Source: an uncultured Methanosarcinales archaeon
GTDB lineage: Archaea; Halobacteriota; Methanosarcinia; Methanotrichales; Methanotrichaceae
NCBI GenBank assembly: GCA_963843555.1
Contig: CAWJKV010000017.1
Span: forward strand, 16,084 to 80,083
DNA: 64,000 bases
Reading direction: 5' to 3'
Each line of letters opens with the position of its first letter. The first letter of the stretch is position 1. The notes under the pieces are model-generated. The model was not told the DNA's origin. It was given only the letters and a program-made list of their open reading frames with translations, and ran no database searches. This document shows, piece by piece, positions 21,897-34,088 of the stretch. Position numbers and translations under genes: made by a program.

Positions 21897-22145
21897 CGGC
21901 CTTAGTGCGTCCCGTCACTCCAGCTCGTAACACCCGCGCGGAACCCCGGAAGATGTTGTTAGATCTTTTGCACTTAGTTATAAGATATGCTAATGTCATT
22001 CAACTGCAGACTGAACTATGTAGATGCAAGCAAGGACTGCTTTTTGATCCTCCTTCCAGGGTGCCGCGAGTCGGCCTGCGGGCCGCGCCAACGAGCCGCT
22101 CCAGGCAGCGGCCGGCCGAGCGACGGCGGTTAAGCTGCAGACTTA
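21897..22145 (-). repeat. TPR-associated structured repeat, copy 3 (blocks A, spacer, 5' part of B)
   Basis: Reverse complement reads gtctgcagcttaaccgccgtcgctcggccggccgc..gcaggccgactcgcggcaccctggaagg [98 nt] tcttccggggttccgcgcgggtgttacg..gtgacggg..cactaaggccg. Confidence 0.9.
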
Positions 22146-22165
22146 TCGATTGTAAATGTCTTTTC

Positions 22166-22470
22166 TTATCCTTGCCACTCCGACAATTTTCGCCGCGCAA
22201 TCTCAGCATCCGGGCTTTCGATTTGCTCGAAAATCCCAAGTGCCGCCTTTGCATGATCGATCGCCTCCGGCCGCTGGCCGAGCTTGTAGAGCGCCAGGCT
22301 CATGTTGAACAGGGCATCTCCTTCTCCTCTGGGGTGTTCGATCTTGCAGGCGATCTCTAACGATTGCTCACAGATTTTCTCCTTCAATCCATGGATCCCC
22401 AATCTCTCGGCTGATTGCCGTGCCTGCTCGTAGTATTCGATTGCTTTTCGAGTCTCGCCCAGATCCGGGT
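22166..22470 (-). pseudogene. C-terminal fragment of a TPR protein
   Basis: DLGETRKAIEYYEQA..GEGDALFNMSLALYKLGQRPEAIDHAKAALGIFEQIESP; upstream is AT-rich with no convincing N-terminus. Confidence 0.7.
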
Positions 22471-22954
22471 TTTCTTTTTGCCAAATTACTTTCAAAAAAA
22501 ATTTCAATTTAATCTATTCTGTGGTACCACACCTTCAATAAATACACTCTAGGAAACATATTTAACTGATTGGATCTTATTGGGTGCACTATGGGAATCC
22601 CCTGAAGCATCGCATCTCTACCATTGATCTGGATTTCAGCAGGTACCCTATGCCTGAGGCTTTGAAAAGAGGGAGGTCTGGCACTTCAAATAAAGCAAGA
22701 TGCATATGGGGAGAACGGCCATGGTTTGATGGTCCGATAATTTCGAAATACAAGCAATCGTATCGCATGGCACCAAATAGAGCCTGGGCGGGATACACCG
22801 ATTGAAGCTGTCAAGTTTCGCAAGAGCACATACTATGAGGATATTGGATGGCGAGCCCCTGAGAAGGGAATTAGTCTTTGGCTGCCGTCAGATTAAAAGC
22901 AGCACCAGATCCTTTTGATGCACCGCTGAGTGTAGCAGATTAGGGGTGGGGTAT

Positions 22955-25369
22955 ATGGCAAAGGATAAACGCCCAAGATCTAATATTTCAAGAATCGCAG
23001 GACAAATCGAAGAACTGCGCAAAATGGGCCCAAATGCACCGGATAATTTCGCAAAGATCCTATCAGAAGCCCTGGAAGAGCTCGAGGCCAGCCTGGAAGA
23101 GCAAACCATTGCAGATGAGGAGCTCGCCCGCCAGAATGAGTTGCTGATCGAAACGGAGGAGCGATTTCGAATGGCAATAGATTTCACCAATGATTGGGAG
23201 ACCTGGCTCGATCCAAAAGGAAATTATGTTTATGTCTCGCCATCCTGCGAGCACATCACGGGATATACCGTAAATGAGTTTCTGGAAGATCCGGAGCTTA
23301 TTGAAAAGATCGTACATCCCCTCGACCGGGACCTATTTCCGAGACACTTCCGCAAGAGAGACGATGAAACGCAGCCTATTGATTTCAGAATAATTGCCCG
23401 CAACGGAGATGTGCGCTGGCTCTCCCATATCTGTCAGCCCGTCTTCCGCTCCAATGGACTGTATCTCGGCAGGCGAGCCAGCAACCGCGACATCACGGAA
23501 CGCAAGCATCGCGAGGAGCAGATTGCCAAGCTGACCCGTCTCTACGCCGTCCTGAGCAAGGTGAATGAGGCAATAGTTCGAATCCGTGATGAGAAATCGT
23601 TGTTCGGCGAGATTAGCCGGATTATGGCAGAAGAAGGCGGTTTCCCTCTGGTTTGGTTCGGGCAGGTAAAAGGGCTGGAAGTGGTTCCAATAGCCTGGAG
23701 CGGGCCGGCTGGGGACTACCTGAAAGAGATAAAAGTGGAGGTGCAGGGCGAATTGGGCAAAGGCCCGACAGGGACCTGCATCCGGAATGACCTATCCGTA
23801 ATCAACGATGATTTTGCAGCCAGTCTTGACGCTTCCCCCTGGCCTGAACTGGCCCAGCGTTACGGATTTCGTGCTTCGGCATCATTCCCCTTGCGCCGCC
23901 GGGGGAGGGTCTCGGGCGCATTCACGCTTTATGCCTTCGAGCCCCAAGCCTTTGACGCCGAGCAGGTCAGCCTCCTCGAATCGCTTAGCTCCGACATATC
24001 CTATGCCCTGGATGCCATTGACCATGAGCATTTCCGTGTCCAGGCTGAAGGGGCTCTCTCCAAGAGCAGAGACGAGCTGGCAGAGAAGGTCCGGGAGAGG
24101 ACCGCTGAACTGACCCTGGCCAAGGAGGAGCTGGAGGCAGCGAATGAGGAACTGCAGGTCGAGCTTGAGGAGCACCGGAAGCTTGAGATGGATCTGGTCA
24201 AGGCAAAGGAGGCAGCTGAGGCCGCTGCCGAGGCCAAGACCACTTTCCTGGCCAATATGTCTCACGAGCTGCGCACTCCAATGAATGCCGTGATCGGTTT
24301 CACAAGTCTCCTCCTGGAAGATACCCTGGACAAGGGGCAGAGGGATTGCGTAGAAGGTATCAGGAATGGCGGCGAAGCCCTACTGGCCATAATCAACGAT
24401 ATCCTGGACTTCACAAGATTGGACAAAGAGAAGCTGGAACTCGAGCACCAGCCTCTCAGCCTCAAGCATTGCATAGATGAGTCCCTGGATCTGGTTAAGA
24501 TTCATGCCAATCAGAAGGGTCTGAGACTGGCCTATACCATCAACTATGGAAACCCGGATGTTATTATTGGAGATCAGGGAAGGCTCAGACAGATCCTGGT
24601 CAATCTGCTCAGCAATGCCATAAAATTCACGGATATGGGGGACGTATCAGTGTCCGTCTCCTCAAAAGCTGCCGCTGACAACAAGCATCAGATCCTCTTC
24701 ACAGTCAAGGATACGGGTATTGGCATACCACAGGACAAGATGGACAGGCTTTTTGAGCCCTTTGGCCAATTGGAGCGCACCATCAGCCGAAAGCGTGACG
24801 GTGTGGGACTGGGTCTGGCCATAAGCCGCAACCTTGTAGAACAGATGGGCGGCAAGATCTGGGCTGAGAGCGTTCCCGGCCAGGGTTCGGCCTTCAGCTT
24901 CACAATTCTGGCCGAGGTTCTGCATGGCAAGAGCCTGGATACAAAGTATGCAGACCGAGATACCGCTTTTGAGAGCCTCTCAGGGGAAAAGCCCCTGAGC
25001 ATCCTCGTGGCTGAAGATAACCCTTCCAATCAGAGAGTGCTGGTCGAGATGCTAAAACGTATGGGCTACCGGCCTGATGCTGTGGCAGATGGCAAGGAGG
25101 TCCTGCAGGCTCTTGAACTCCGGCATTATGACCTGGTTCTCATGGATATCAGAATGCCAGAGATGGATGGAATCGCTGTCACTCAGGTTATACACAGGCT
25201 CTGGCCCGAGAATAAACCTAAGATAGTGGCAATCACCGCCTATGCGATGCCAGGTGATCAGCAGAGGTGTCTTGTTGCCGGGATGGATGATTACCTCAGC
25301 AAGCCGGTGAAGAAAAGAGAGCTGGCGGCGATTCTGAAGAAGTACTCGCTTTTTGGAGAAAATTCATAG
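22955..25369 (+). CDS. PAS-GAF hybrid sensor histidine kinase/response regulator
   Basis: PAS, GAF (GPTGTCIR..SASFPL), [15 protein letters not shown], HATPase boxes, receiver ILVAEDN..LMDIRMPEMDG. Confidence 0.95.
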   Translation: MAKDKRPRSNISRIAGQIEELRKMGPNAPDNFAKILSEALEELEASLEEQTIADEELARQNELLIETEERFRMAIDFTNDWETWLDPKGNYVYVSPSCEHITGYTVNEFLEDPELIEKIVHPLDRDLFPRHFRKRDDETQPIDFRIIARNGDVRWLSHICQPVFRSNGLYLGRRASNRDITERKHREEQIAKLTRLYAVLSKVNEAIVRIRDEKSLFGEISRIMAEEGGFPLVWFGQVKGLEVVPIAWSGPAGDYLKEIKVEVQGELGKGPTGTCIRNDLSVINDDFAASLDASPWPELAQRYGFRASASFPLRRRGRVSGAFTLYAFEPQAFDAEQVSLLESLSSDISYALDAIDHEHFRVQAEGALSKSRDELAEKVRERTAELTLAKEELEAANEELQVELEEHRKLEMDLVKAKEAAEAAAEAKTTFLANMSHELRTPMNAVIGFTSLLLEDTLDKGQRDCVEGIRNGGEALLAIINDILDFTRLDKEKLELEHQPLSLKHCIDESLDLVKIHANQKGLRLAYTINYGNPDVIIGDQGRLRQILVNLLSNAIKFTDMGDVSVSVSSKAAADNKHQILFTVKDTGIGIPQDKMDRLFEPFGQLERTISRKRDGVGLGLAISRNLVEQMGGKIWAESVPGQGSAFSFTILAEVLHGKSLDTKYADRDTAFESLSGEKPLSILVAEDNPSNQRVLVEMLKRMGYRPDAVADGKEVLQALELRHYDLVLMDIRMPEMDGIAVTQVIHRLWPENKPKIVAITAYAMPGDQQRCLVAGMDDYLSKPVKKRELAAILKKYSLFGENS

Positions 25370-25447
25370 AAATCGTCTTTGCCGCAAAGGCAATCTTTAT
25401 AGGGGATGACATCTCAGCATGATTTCGGCGCAGAGGATGGCCATAAC

Positions 25448-25461
25448 CGATAAAGGTTAAA
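25448..25461 (+). promoter_or_regulatory. Putative BRE/TATA promoter for tRNA-Cys
   Basis: cgataaaggttaaa about 35-40 nt upstream of the mature tRNA 5' end. Confidence 0.5.
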
Positions 25462-25497
25462 GCAGATCGACGCAGTTGTCGGGACGCCTTTGTCAAT

Positions 25498-25569
25498 GCC
25501 AAGGTGGCGGAGCGGCTACGCAAATGCCTGCAGAGCATTACCACTCCGGTTCGAATCCGGACCTTGGCT
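25498..25569 (+). tRNA. tRNA-Cys (GCA), intronless
   Basis: Acceptor gccaagg/ccttggc, anticodon arm aatgc-ctGCAga-gcatt, T arm tccgg-ttcgaat-ccgga. Confidence 0.97.
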
Positions 25570-25774
25570 TTCTGATCCTATGAGGTACTCGTCCTCATTT
25601 TCCCGTATTCGCTCTTCGTGCTCTTAATCTGAAACAATTATGGCGAGCAATATCTCGCAAATAGCGGATAAAGCATTGCTGCATTCCGTTAATAAAATTT
25701 AAGTTATATTTAAGGGAAAAGCTTATATCTGCTCAGGATATTTCATTACAGTCCTAATTATTCAGGAGGCTTAA

Positions 25775-27673
<1,899 letters not shown>

Positions 27674-27681
27674 GGTGGCTT

Positions 27682-30075
27682 TTGACGGAAATACAGGTTA
27701 ACATCACTGAGGAGATGAAGTCCTCCTACATCGATTACGCCATGAGTGTGATTGTAGGGAGGGCTTTGCCTGATGTGAGGGATGGGCTGAAGCCCGTTCA
27801 CAGGCGCATTCTTTATGCCATGTATGAGCAGGGCATGACCCACGATCAGCCCTACAAGAAGTCCGCTCGTGTGGTCGGAGACGTAATGGGCAAGTACCAT
27901 CCGCACGGGGATGCTGCCATCTATGAGACTATGGTCAGAATGGCCCAGAAGTTCTCCATGCGCTATCCTTTGATCGACGGCCAGGGCAACTTCGGTTCCG
28001 TCGATGGGGACCCGGCAGCGGCCATGCGTTACACTGAAGTAAGGCTCTCCAGGATCGCGGAAGAGATGCTAGCGGACATTGAGAAGAATACAGTCGACTT
28101 TGTGCCCAACTATGACGGCTCACTGAAAGAGCCGACAGTCCTACCAGGAAAGCTCCCCAACCTTCTCCTCAACGGTTCTACGGGCATTGCCGTAGGCATG
28201 GCGACCAACATTCCGCCTCACAATCTGAATGAGCTGGCAGGGGCTATCATTTACCTCATAGATCAGCCGCAGGCTACGATTGCGGAATTGATGCATTTTT
28301 TGCCCGGGCCTGATTTTCCTACGGGAGCCTTTATCGTGGGCAGAGTTGGGATTGAGGCTGCCTATATGACCGGTCGGGGAAGCATATTGCTGCAGTCCAA
28401 GTCGGAGATCGAGGAAGGGACGAGAAGCACCAAGATCATCTTCACAGAGCTGCCCTACCAGGTGAACAAGTCCAAGCTGATTGAGGATATGGCGGAGATG
28501 GTCAAGGGCGGTCGCCTGGAAGGCATATCCGATCTGAGGGACGAATCGGATAAGGATGGCATCAGACTGGTGGTGGAGGTCAAGAGCGGCTTCAATGTTC
28601 ATGTGGTCTTGAATCAACTTCATAAGCACACCGCACTTCAAACCAGCTACGGCATCAACAATATGGTTTTGGTGGACGGTCTTCCCAAGACAGTCTCTTT
28701 GAAGGAGACCTTGGAGCAGTACATTTACTATCGCTCCATAGTTGTCGAGAGGCGGACCAGGTTCGAGCTTGATGCGGCTGAGAAGAGGGCCCATATCCTG
28801 GCCGGCCTCCTCATTGCTCTGAAAAACATCGATGAAGTAATAAGGATAATCAAGGCTGCAGAATCGCCTGTGGTTGCAAAGGATGCTTTGATGCAAGCTT
28901 TCCTGCTCTCTGAGGAGCAGGCCAAAGCCATTCTGGATATGAGGCTGCAACGCCTCACGGGTTTGGAACAGGAGAAGATCGTCACCGAAGCGGCAGAGCT
29001 GGAGAAGCTCATCGCCCGGCTGAGGCAGATCCTCTCCAGCAACCTGGAGATTCTCAGCATCATCAAAGAAGAGCTTACACAGCTCATAAACACCTACGGA
29101 GACGAGCGCCGCACATTGATCATCGAGGCGGAGGGCGAGGTCAGCCGGGAGGATCTCATCCAGGAGGAAGAGGTGGCTGTGACTATCACCAGCTCCGGGT
29201 ACATCAAACGCCAGCCCCTCACAGCATACCGCATGCAGCGTCGCGGCGGTCGGGGAGTTATTGGCGCTGAGACCAAGACCGAAGAATTCGTTACAGATGT
29301 CTTTACCGCCTCCACCAAGGACTATCTGCTCTTCTTCACAGACAAGGGCAAAGCCCACTGGCTCAAGGTCTATGAGGTGCCGTCTCTGGGAAGAGTGACG
29401 CGCGGCAAGTCTATTGTAAATCTCCTGCAACTGGAGCCGGATGAGAAGATGACGGGCGCGATACCTGTGAAAAGCTTTGAGGCGGGGTTCATTGTCCTTG
29501 TAACCAAGAGCGGAAGCATTGTGAAGATGCCTTTGCAGGCCTTCAGCAACCCCCGCAAGGGTGGCATCAAGGCCGTAAACCTGAAGGGCGACAGCCTGAT
29601 CTCAGCGAAGCTTACGGACGGAGGAAAGGAGCTGCTGGTGGCCACCAAGTTCGGCAAGGCTATCCGGTTCAAGGAGAGCGACGTGCGCGCCTCCAATCGC
29701 GGCACCATGGGCGTGAAGGCGATCAGCCTCAACATGGGGGACGAGCTGATCAGCATGGATGTGATCCAGGCGGGCTCCAGTTCCACTCTCCTCACCATCA
29801 CCAACCAGGGATATGGCAAGAGGTCGGAGCTGGAGGAGTATCCTCAACAGAGAAGGGGCGGCAAGGGTGTCAAGAATATCGACGCCAGAAAGGGCTTCGT
29901 CTGCTGCACCACCACTGTCTCTGAAGAGGACGAGCTGCTGGTTACAACCAAGGACGGCGTGGTGATACGCATCCCGACCAATGAGATCCGCGTACAGGGG
30001 CGGTCCACGCAGGGCGTGCGCATCATGAATGTGAAACCGGGCGACGAGGTCGCGGCGGTGGCGAGGATCACCTAA
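27682..30075 (+). CDS. gyrA: DNA gyrase subunit A
   Basis: [29 protein letters not shown] active site, GyrA-box QRRGGRG. Confidence 0.99.
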   Translation: MTEIQVNITEEMKSSYIDYAMSVIVGRALPDVRDGLKPVHRRILYAMYEQGMTHDQPYKKSARVVGDVMGKYHPHGDAAIYETMVRMAQKFSMRYPLIDGQGNFGSVDGDPAAAMRYTEVRLSRIAEEMLADIEKNTVDFVPNYDGSLKEPTVLPGKLPNLLLNGSTGIAVGMATNIPPHNLNELAGAIIYLIDQPQATIAELMHFLPGPDFPTGAFIVGRVGIEAAYMTGRGSILLQSKSEIEEGTRSTKIIFTELPYQVNKSKLIEDMAEMVKGGRLEGISDLRDESDKDGIRLVVEVKSGFNVHVVLNQLHKHTALQTSYGINNMVLVDGLPKTVSLKETLEQYIYYRSIVVERRTRFELDAAEKRAHILAGLLIALKNIDEVIRIIKAAESPVVAKDALMQAFLLSEEQAKAILDMRLQRLTGLEQEKIVTEAAELEKLIARLRQILSSNLEILSIIKEELTQLINTYGDERRTLIIEAEGEVSREDLIQEEEVAVTITSSGYIKRQPLTAYRMQRRGGRGVIGAETKTEEFVTDVFTASTKDYLLFFTDKGKAHWLKVYEVPSLGRVTRGKSIVNLLQLEPDEKMTGAIPVKSFEAGFIVLVTKSGSIVKMPLQAFSNPRKGGIKAVNLKGDSLISAKLTDGGKELLVATKFGKAIRFKESDVRASNRGTMGVKAISLNMGDELISMDVIQAGSSSTLLTITNQGYGKRSELEEYPQQRRGGKGVKNIDARKGFVCCTTTVSEEDELLVTTKDGVVIRIPTNEIRVQGRSTQGVRIMNVKPGDEVAAVARIT

Positions 30076-30343
30076 GGTTCCTCCACCGCCGTTTTTTTCA
30101 ATTTTTTGATTTGAATTGTTTAGGAGCAAAACAATCTTTTATGGCTTTTGCCGGAGTGAGTTGTAAAGTAAACCCCACCTGTTTTAGAAACTTTTATAAA
30201 TCTAGGAATCATATACTAAGTAGGTAAATAGAATATATCTTTGAGTATATAAAAAGTAAGTGAAGGAGGAAAATGGCAAAACAAAAAAGAGAAATGAAAG
30301 GAGCAGCAAGTTGAATAACGTGGCTAAAGGTAAGGCGTAGATT

Positions 30344-30739
30344 ATGAAAATCATATACACCAAAGTATTCGTTAACGATCAAGATAAAGCCTTGAAGTTT
30401 TATACTGAAACCCTGGGCTTTGTGAAGAAAAGCGACATCACCGCGGGGGAATACAGGTGGCTCACCGTTGTCTCGCCTGACGATCAAAACGGTACCGAGC
30501 TTATACTTGAACTGAACGATAATCCAGCAGCAAAAACATACCAGAAAGCAATTTTTGAGCAGGGTATTCCCGCGACAAATTTCGGCGTTTCTGATGTTCG
30601 CGCAGAGCATGAACGATTGAAGAAGCTCGGTGTGAAGTTCACAATGGAGCCAACAGAAGTAATGAAGCATGTGACCATAGCCGTCTTCGACGACACCTGT
30701 GGCAACTTGATACAAATACAACAAACGGCGCAAAAGTAA
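30344..30739 (+). CDS. VOC/glyoxalase family protein
   Basis: VNDQDKALKFYTETLGF..FDDTCGNLIQI. Confidence 0.92.
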   Translation: MKIIYTKVFVNDQDKALKFYTETLGFVKKSDITAGEYRWLTVVSPDDQNGTELILELNDNPAAKTYQKAIFEQGIPATNFGVSDVRAEHERLKKLGVKFTMEPTEVMKHVTIAVFDDTCGNLIQIQQTAQK

Positions 30740-30793
30740 GCCGTTCAACTGAAAAATAACGTGTTTTATTGAAATAGAGGAGGTGTGAATAAC

Positions 30794-31393
30794 ATGAGAA
30801 AGATTATCGTTTTAACATTTATTTCGCTTGACGGTGTCATGCAAGCTCCTGGCGGGCCAAAGGAAGATACCTCCGGGGGTTTCAAGTATGGCGGGTGGGT
30901 GATACCCTATTTTGACGAAGCTTTGGGTAAGGTCATGGATGAGCAGATGGGACACCCATTTGATTTGCTACTTGGCAGAAAAACCTACGAACTGTTTGCC
31001 GGCTATTGGCCTGGTCACAAGGATGAAGGCCCGGGCATCAATAACGCGACAAAGTATGTTGTTTCGCATTCGCCTCAAGCATTCACCTGGGAGAAATCGG
31101 TGCTCGTCACAGGTAATGTGCTGAATGAAATAAAAAAGCTGAAAGCGCAAGATGGGCCGGAACTGCAGGTTCACGGGAGCAGTGCGCTGGTTCAACTGCT
31201 TCTTGCAAATGACTTAGTTGACGAATTTTGGCTTAAAATCTTTCCCGTGACACTCGGTCATGGAAAACGCCTGTTTGATGAGGGAACGATGCCTTCAGCG
31301 TTCAAGTTGACCAAAAGCACGGTAACACCTGCTGGAGTGATTGTTGCCAATTACGAACGCTCGGGGGAGGTAAAGACAGGATCGATTATATAA
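30794..31393 (+). CDS. Dihydrofolate reductase/RibD C-terminal family protein
   Basis: MRKIIV..FISLDGVMQAPGG, LLLGRKTYE, VHGSSALVQ, LVDE..PVTLGHGKRLF. Confidence 0.92.
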   Translation: MRKIIVLTFISLDGVMQAPGGPKEDTSGGFKYGGWVIPYFDEALGKVMDEQMGHPFDLLLGRKTYELFAGYWPGHKDEGPGINNATKYVVSHSPQAFTWEKSVLVTGNVLNEIKKLKAQDGPELQVHGSSALVQLLLANDLVDEFWLKIFPVTLGHGKRLFDEGTMPSAFKLTKSTVTPAGVIVANYERSGEVKTGSII

Positions 31394-31488
31394 TGGGCTT
31401 GTGGAAGAAAGCAGGATTTATTATAACTTCATAAGGCCGCATTTGGGACTTTATGGGACGACACCCGCAGAGATGGCCGGAGTCGGGG

Positions 31489-32085
31489 TTAATGGAAGTT
31501 GGGAAGAGTTATTGAGGAGGAGCATAGATAGGAAATTATAGATAATTTATTTGCCATCTCATGAAGGCTTGCAGGAATTCCTTGCATCCACTCGTAGTTC
31601 GGATTCCAGAAAAATGCCTCCAACAACTCATCTGTTATATTGCGCTTCAGGAATTCCTGCCTAATTCTGATAATCTCGCCTAAATATTTTTGATTGAAAT
31701 CTTTTAAAACTTCTGCTTCAAAAACAACCCTGCGATTGGTATTCTCGGACCATTCCTTCAGGCTATCGTTGCGATTCGTCATATTGTAATTTGTCGTGCT
31801 GTTATCAAAAAGAGGTATTAATTTATATTTTTTTATATTATTATCACCTACAAAACCAGAAATACTATTAGCTAATTCGTTCGCTTGATTCTTCAATGAT
31901 TCATTACTCAAATCGCCTTGATTTGCGTTAGAAGACTTGTTTGATACTAAATCTTCTGGTATGTTTATATAAAACGTGTTTTCCTTCGCAGAATTGCCGG
32001 AGATTCTATCCCACAAATTAAGAGCTGGATCGGTGAGAATTAATACCAAAATTAATGCTCCAAGAACCTTTTGCCAAGTCTTCAT
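31489..32085 (-). CDS. Hypothetical membrane-anchored protein, AT-rich
   Basis: Long ORF in AT-rich DNA with N-terminal TM segment VLGALILVLIL. Confidence 0.6.
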   Translation of the reverse strand: MKTWQKVLGALILVLILTDPALNLWDRISGNSAKENTFYINIPEDLVSNKSSNANQGDLSNESLKNQANELANSISGFVGDNNIKKYKLIPLFDNSTTNYNMTNRNDSLKEWSENTNRRVVFEAEVLKDFNQKYLGEIIRIRQEFLKRNITDELLEAFFWNPNYEWMQGIPASLHEMANKLSIISYLCSSSITLPNFH

Positions 32086-32551
32086 TGCATTCCACCCCGC
32101 AATAAGGTCCATGAAATCCATGTTAAGCGGTTGAAACAATTAAGATATAAGCCCTTTCCACAAGAATACTTTACGTTATTTCTAACACTGTTAACTCTCT
32201 TGTAGTAACATGATTTGGCTAACATAGTTAGTTCTCGCCACTAGAATGCAACACCAATCTAAAACACCTGAAGATGCAACAGAACCACTATGGGCAATGC
32301 TTATATAGAACTTCAATCTTGTAATTGCTGATGGAGCAAAGCGCCTATATTATTTACTGCATCACCTTAAAATCCGGTTTAGAACGGACCTCATTCTAGC
32401 TTGGCTCAGGCCATTTGGCAATCTCTTGCATAGTAGCGCGATCTTTATCAAAAAATTTTGCGTTGTCATTATGTTCAATGGGTCGTCTATATCGCAGCAC
32501 AGTATTATAAATAAAATTGCATAAAAATATATGAGTCGGAGGTGACTCGCC

Positions 32552-33244
32552 ATGATGAACCGCACTATGAAACTACTTCTGCTATCGGACATATTCGTTC
32601 TCACAGGATTCGGGCTGATACAGCCCATACTTGCCATTTACATAAACGGTGGTGGTGTGACAGGAGGCACCATGCTCTCTGCGGGTCTCGCGAGCGCTCT
32701 CTTCCTCTTCACCAAATCCATGGTGCAGCTTCCCTTCGGGCACTATGTGGACAAACAGCCGGGCAAGACAAAGTGGCTGATCCTGGGGACGTTTCTCATG
32801 GCCGGCGTTCCCATAATTTACATCACAGCGAACAGCATTTATCATATCTATCTGGCAGAGGTGATTTACGGACTGGGGAGCGGCCTTGCCTACCCCACCT
32901 GGCTGGGCCTGTGGTCCGCTAACCTGGATAAAGGGCGGGAGAGCTTCCAGTGGTCCGTCTACTCCACGTCTACCGGACTTGGCACAGCAGCGACGGGAGC
33001 TGGGGGCGCTGCTGTCGCCAGCGTGGTGGGCTTCAATGTCACCTTCATCATGGCCGGACTGCTCTGCATGTTGGGCTGCATGGCCCTTATTTATATGGGG
33101 CGGAGGAGTGCGATGAAGGGGGAGTGCCTGGGGGGCGAGGCCCCTTTCCGCAGATTTAGCACGAGCTTTGCCTTCTACAGCAGGAGGCCATTAGATTGGG
33201 TCTCTCGCCTTCGCCTAACGATTATCAACAGGATATTGAACTGA
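32552..33244 (+). CDS. MFS-like transporter, single 6-TM half
   Basis: GFGLIQPILAIY, QLPFGHYVDK, IYGLGSGLAYPTW; only 230 aa. Confidence 0.75.
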   Translation: MMNRTMKLLLLSDIFVLTGFGLIQPILAIYINGGGVTGGTMLSAGLASALFLFTKSMVQLPFGHYVDKQPGKTKWLILGTFLMAGVPIIYITANSIYHIYLAEVIYGLGSGLAYPTWLGLWSANLDKGRESFQWSVYSTSTGLGTAATGAGGAAVASVVGFNVTFIMAGLLCMLGCMALIYMGRRSAMKGECLGGEAPFRRFSTSFAFYSRRPLDWVSRLRLTIINRILN

Positions 33245-33293
33245 GGCGGAGATCTTTTGGAAAAAGTTAATATAAGCCCGGCCAATGTAATAG

Positions 33294-33803
33294 ATGGTAG
33301 CAAGGAGGAAATTGTCTTTGCAGAAGAAAATTGCGCTTTTGGTCGGCATTGCAGCGATGATCTTATGCAATGCCTCTGTTCTTGCCCAGGAGTCGAGGCC
33401 TGATACTGGAACATTCATAAAAGAGAGCATGATGGATGGCAGGGGTGAGCTTGACATCATCAACAATGGGGCAGATGATGCGGTTGCAGCTCTTAAAGAA
33501 AATAAAACCGGGATCCTGGTTGGGGCGGTTTATATCCGCGGGGGAGACGTTTTCAAGTTGATCGGAATTGAAGACGGCAGCTATGACCTCTACTTTAAGC
33601 AGGGGCAGAGCTGGAACGCCAGCCTCAAAAAATTCGATGACGAGGCAGGACAGAGCCGGATGGACGATCCTTTGACCTTTGAGACCGTAAGAGTTCCCGA
33701 GGGGATCCGCTATTCCATGGTAGAGATCACTTTGAATGAGGTCCTGGGTGGAAATACGATTGCAATTCCTGTGGATGACGAGGAATTCCCGGATTTGAGA
33801 TAA
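33294..33803 (+). CDS. Hypothetical secreted protein
   Basis: Signal-like IALLVGIAAMILCNASVLA; GELDIINN..DAV..VYIR..GIEDGSYDLYF..G..W beta-sandwich-like pattern. Confidence 0.7.
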   Translation: MVARRKLSLQKKIALLVGIAAMILCNASVLAQESRPDTGTFIKESMMDGRGELDIINNGADDAVAALKENKTGILVGAVYIRGGDVFKLIGIEDGSYDLYFKQGQSWNASLKKFDDEAGQSRMDDPLTFETVRVPEGIRYSMVEITLNEVLGGNTIAIPVDDEEFPDLR

Positions 33804-34088
33804 TCGGCAAGGCACCACTTCTGTGGGGCGGTGGCGTACCTCTATACAGACTCCTACTAGAAACTGACAGAGGCAAAAAGAAATTCACCTCCGACTCAAA
33901 TTTTGTTAAGCAGAATTGTTTACAAAAGTCAAACATGGTTGATAACAATGCAAAACATTCTTAAGCTTAAGCCGGAATAAGCATGCTGACAGGTGCTTCT
34001 CAATGGAAATCATTCACTCTGCCCGGCCCAAGACATCCATCCCGGAGAGCCTACACTCAAAAGCGAATATTCTTTTGGAAGAATTTTC

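Noticed and set aside
22584..22880. Possible decayed gene upstream of the second kinase
   Set aside because: Short broken frames with no motif I can assign
25498..25620. tRNA-Cys as an integration site
   Set aside because: No duplicated tRNA 3' end or integrase seen in the window
28141..29430. Long antisense and alternate-frame ORFs (also 41588..42361, 34101..34841, 35328..36035)
   Set aside because: Shadow ORFs overlapping confidently identified genes
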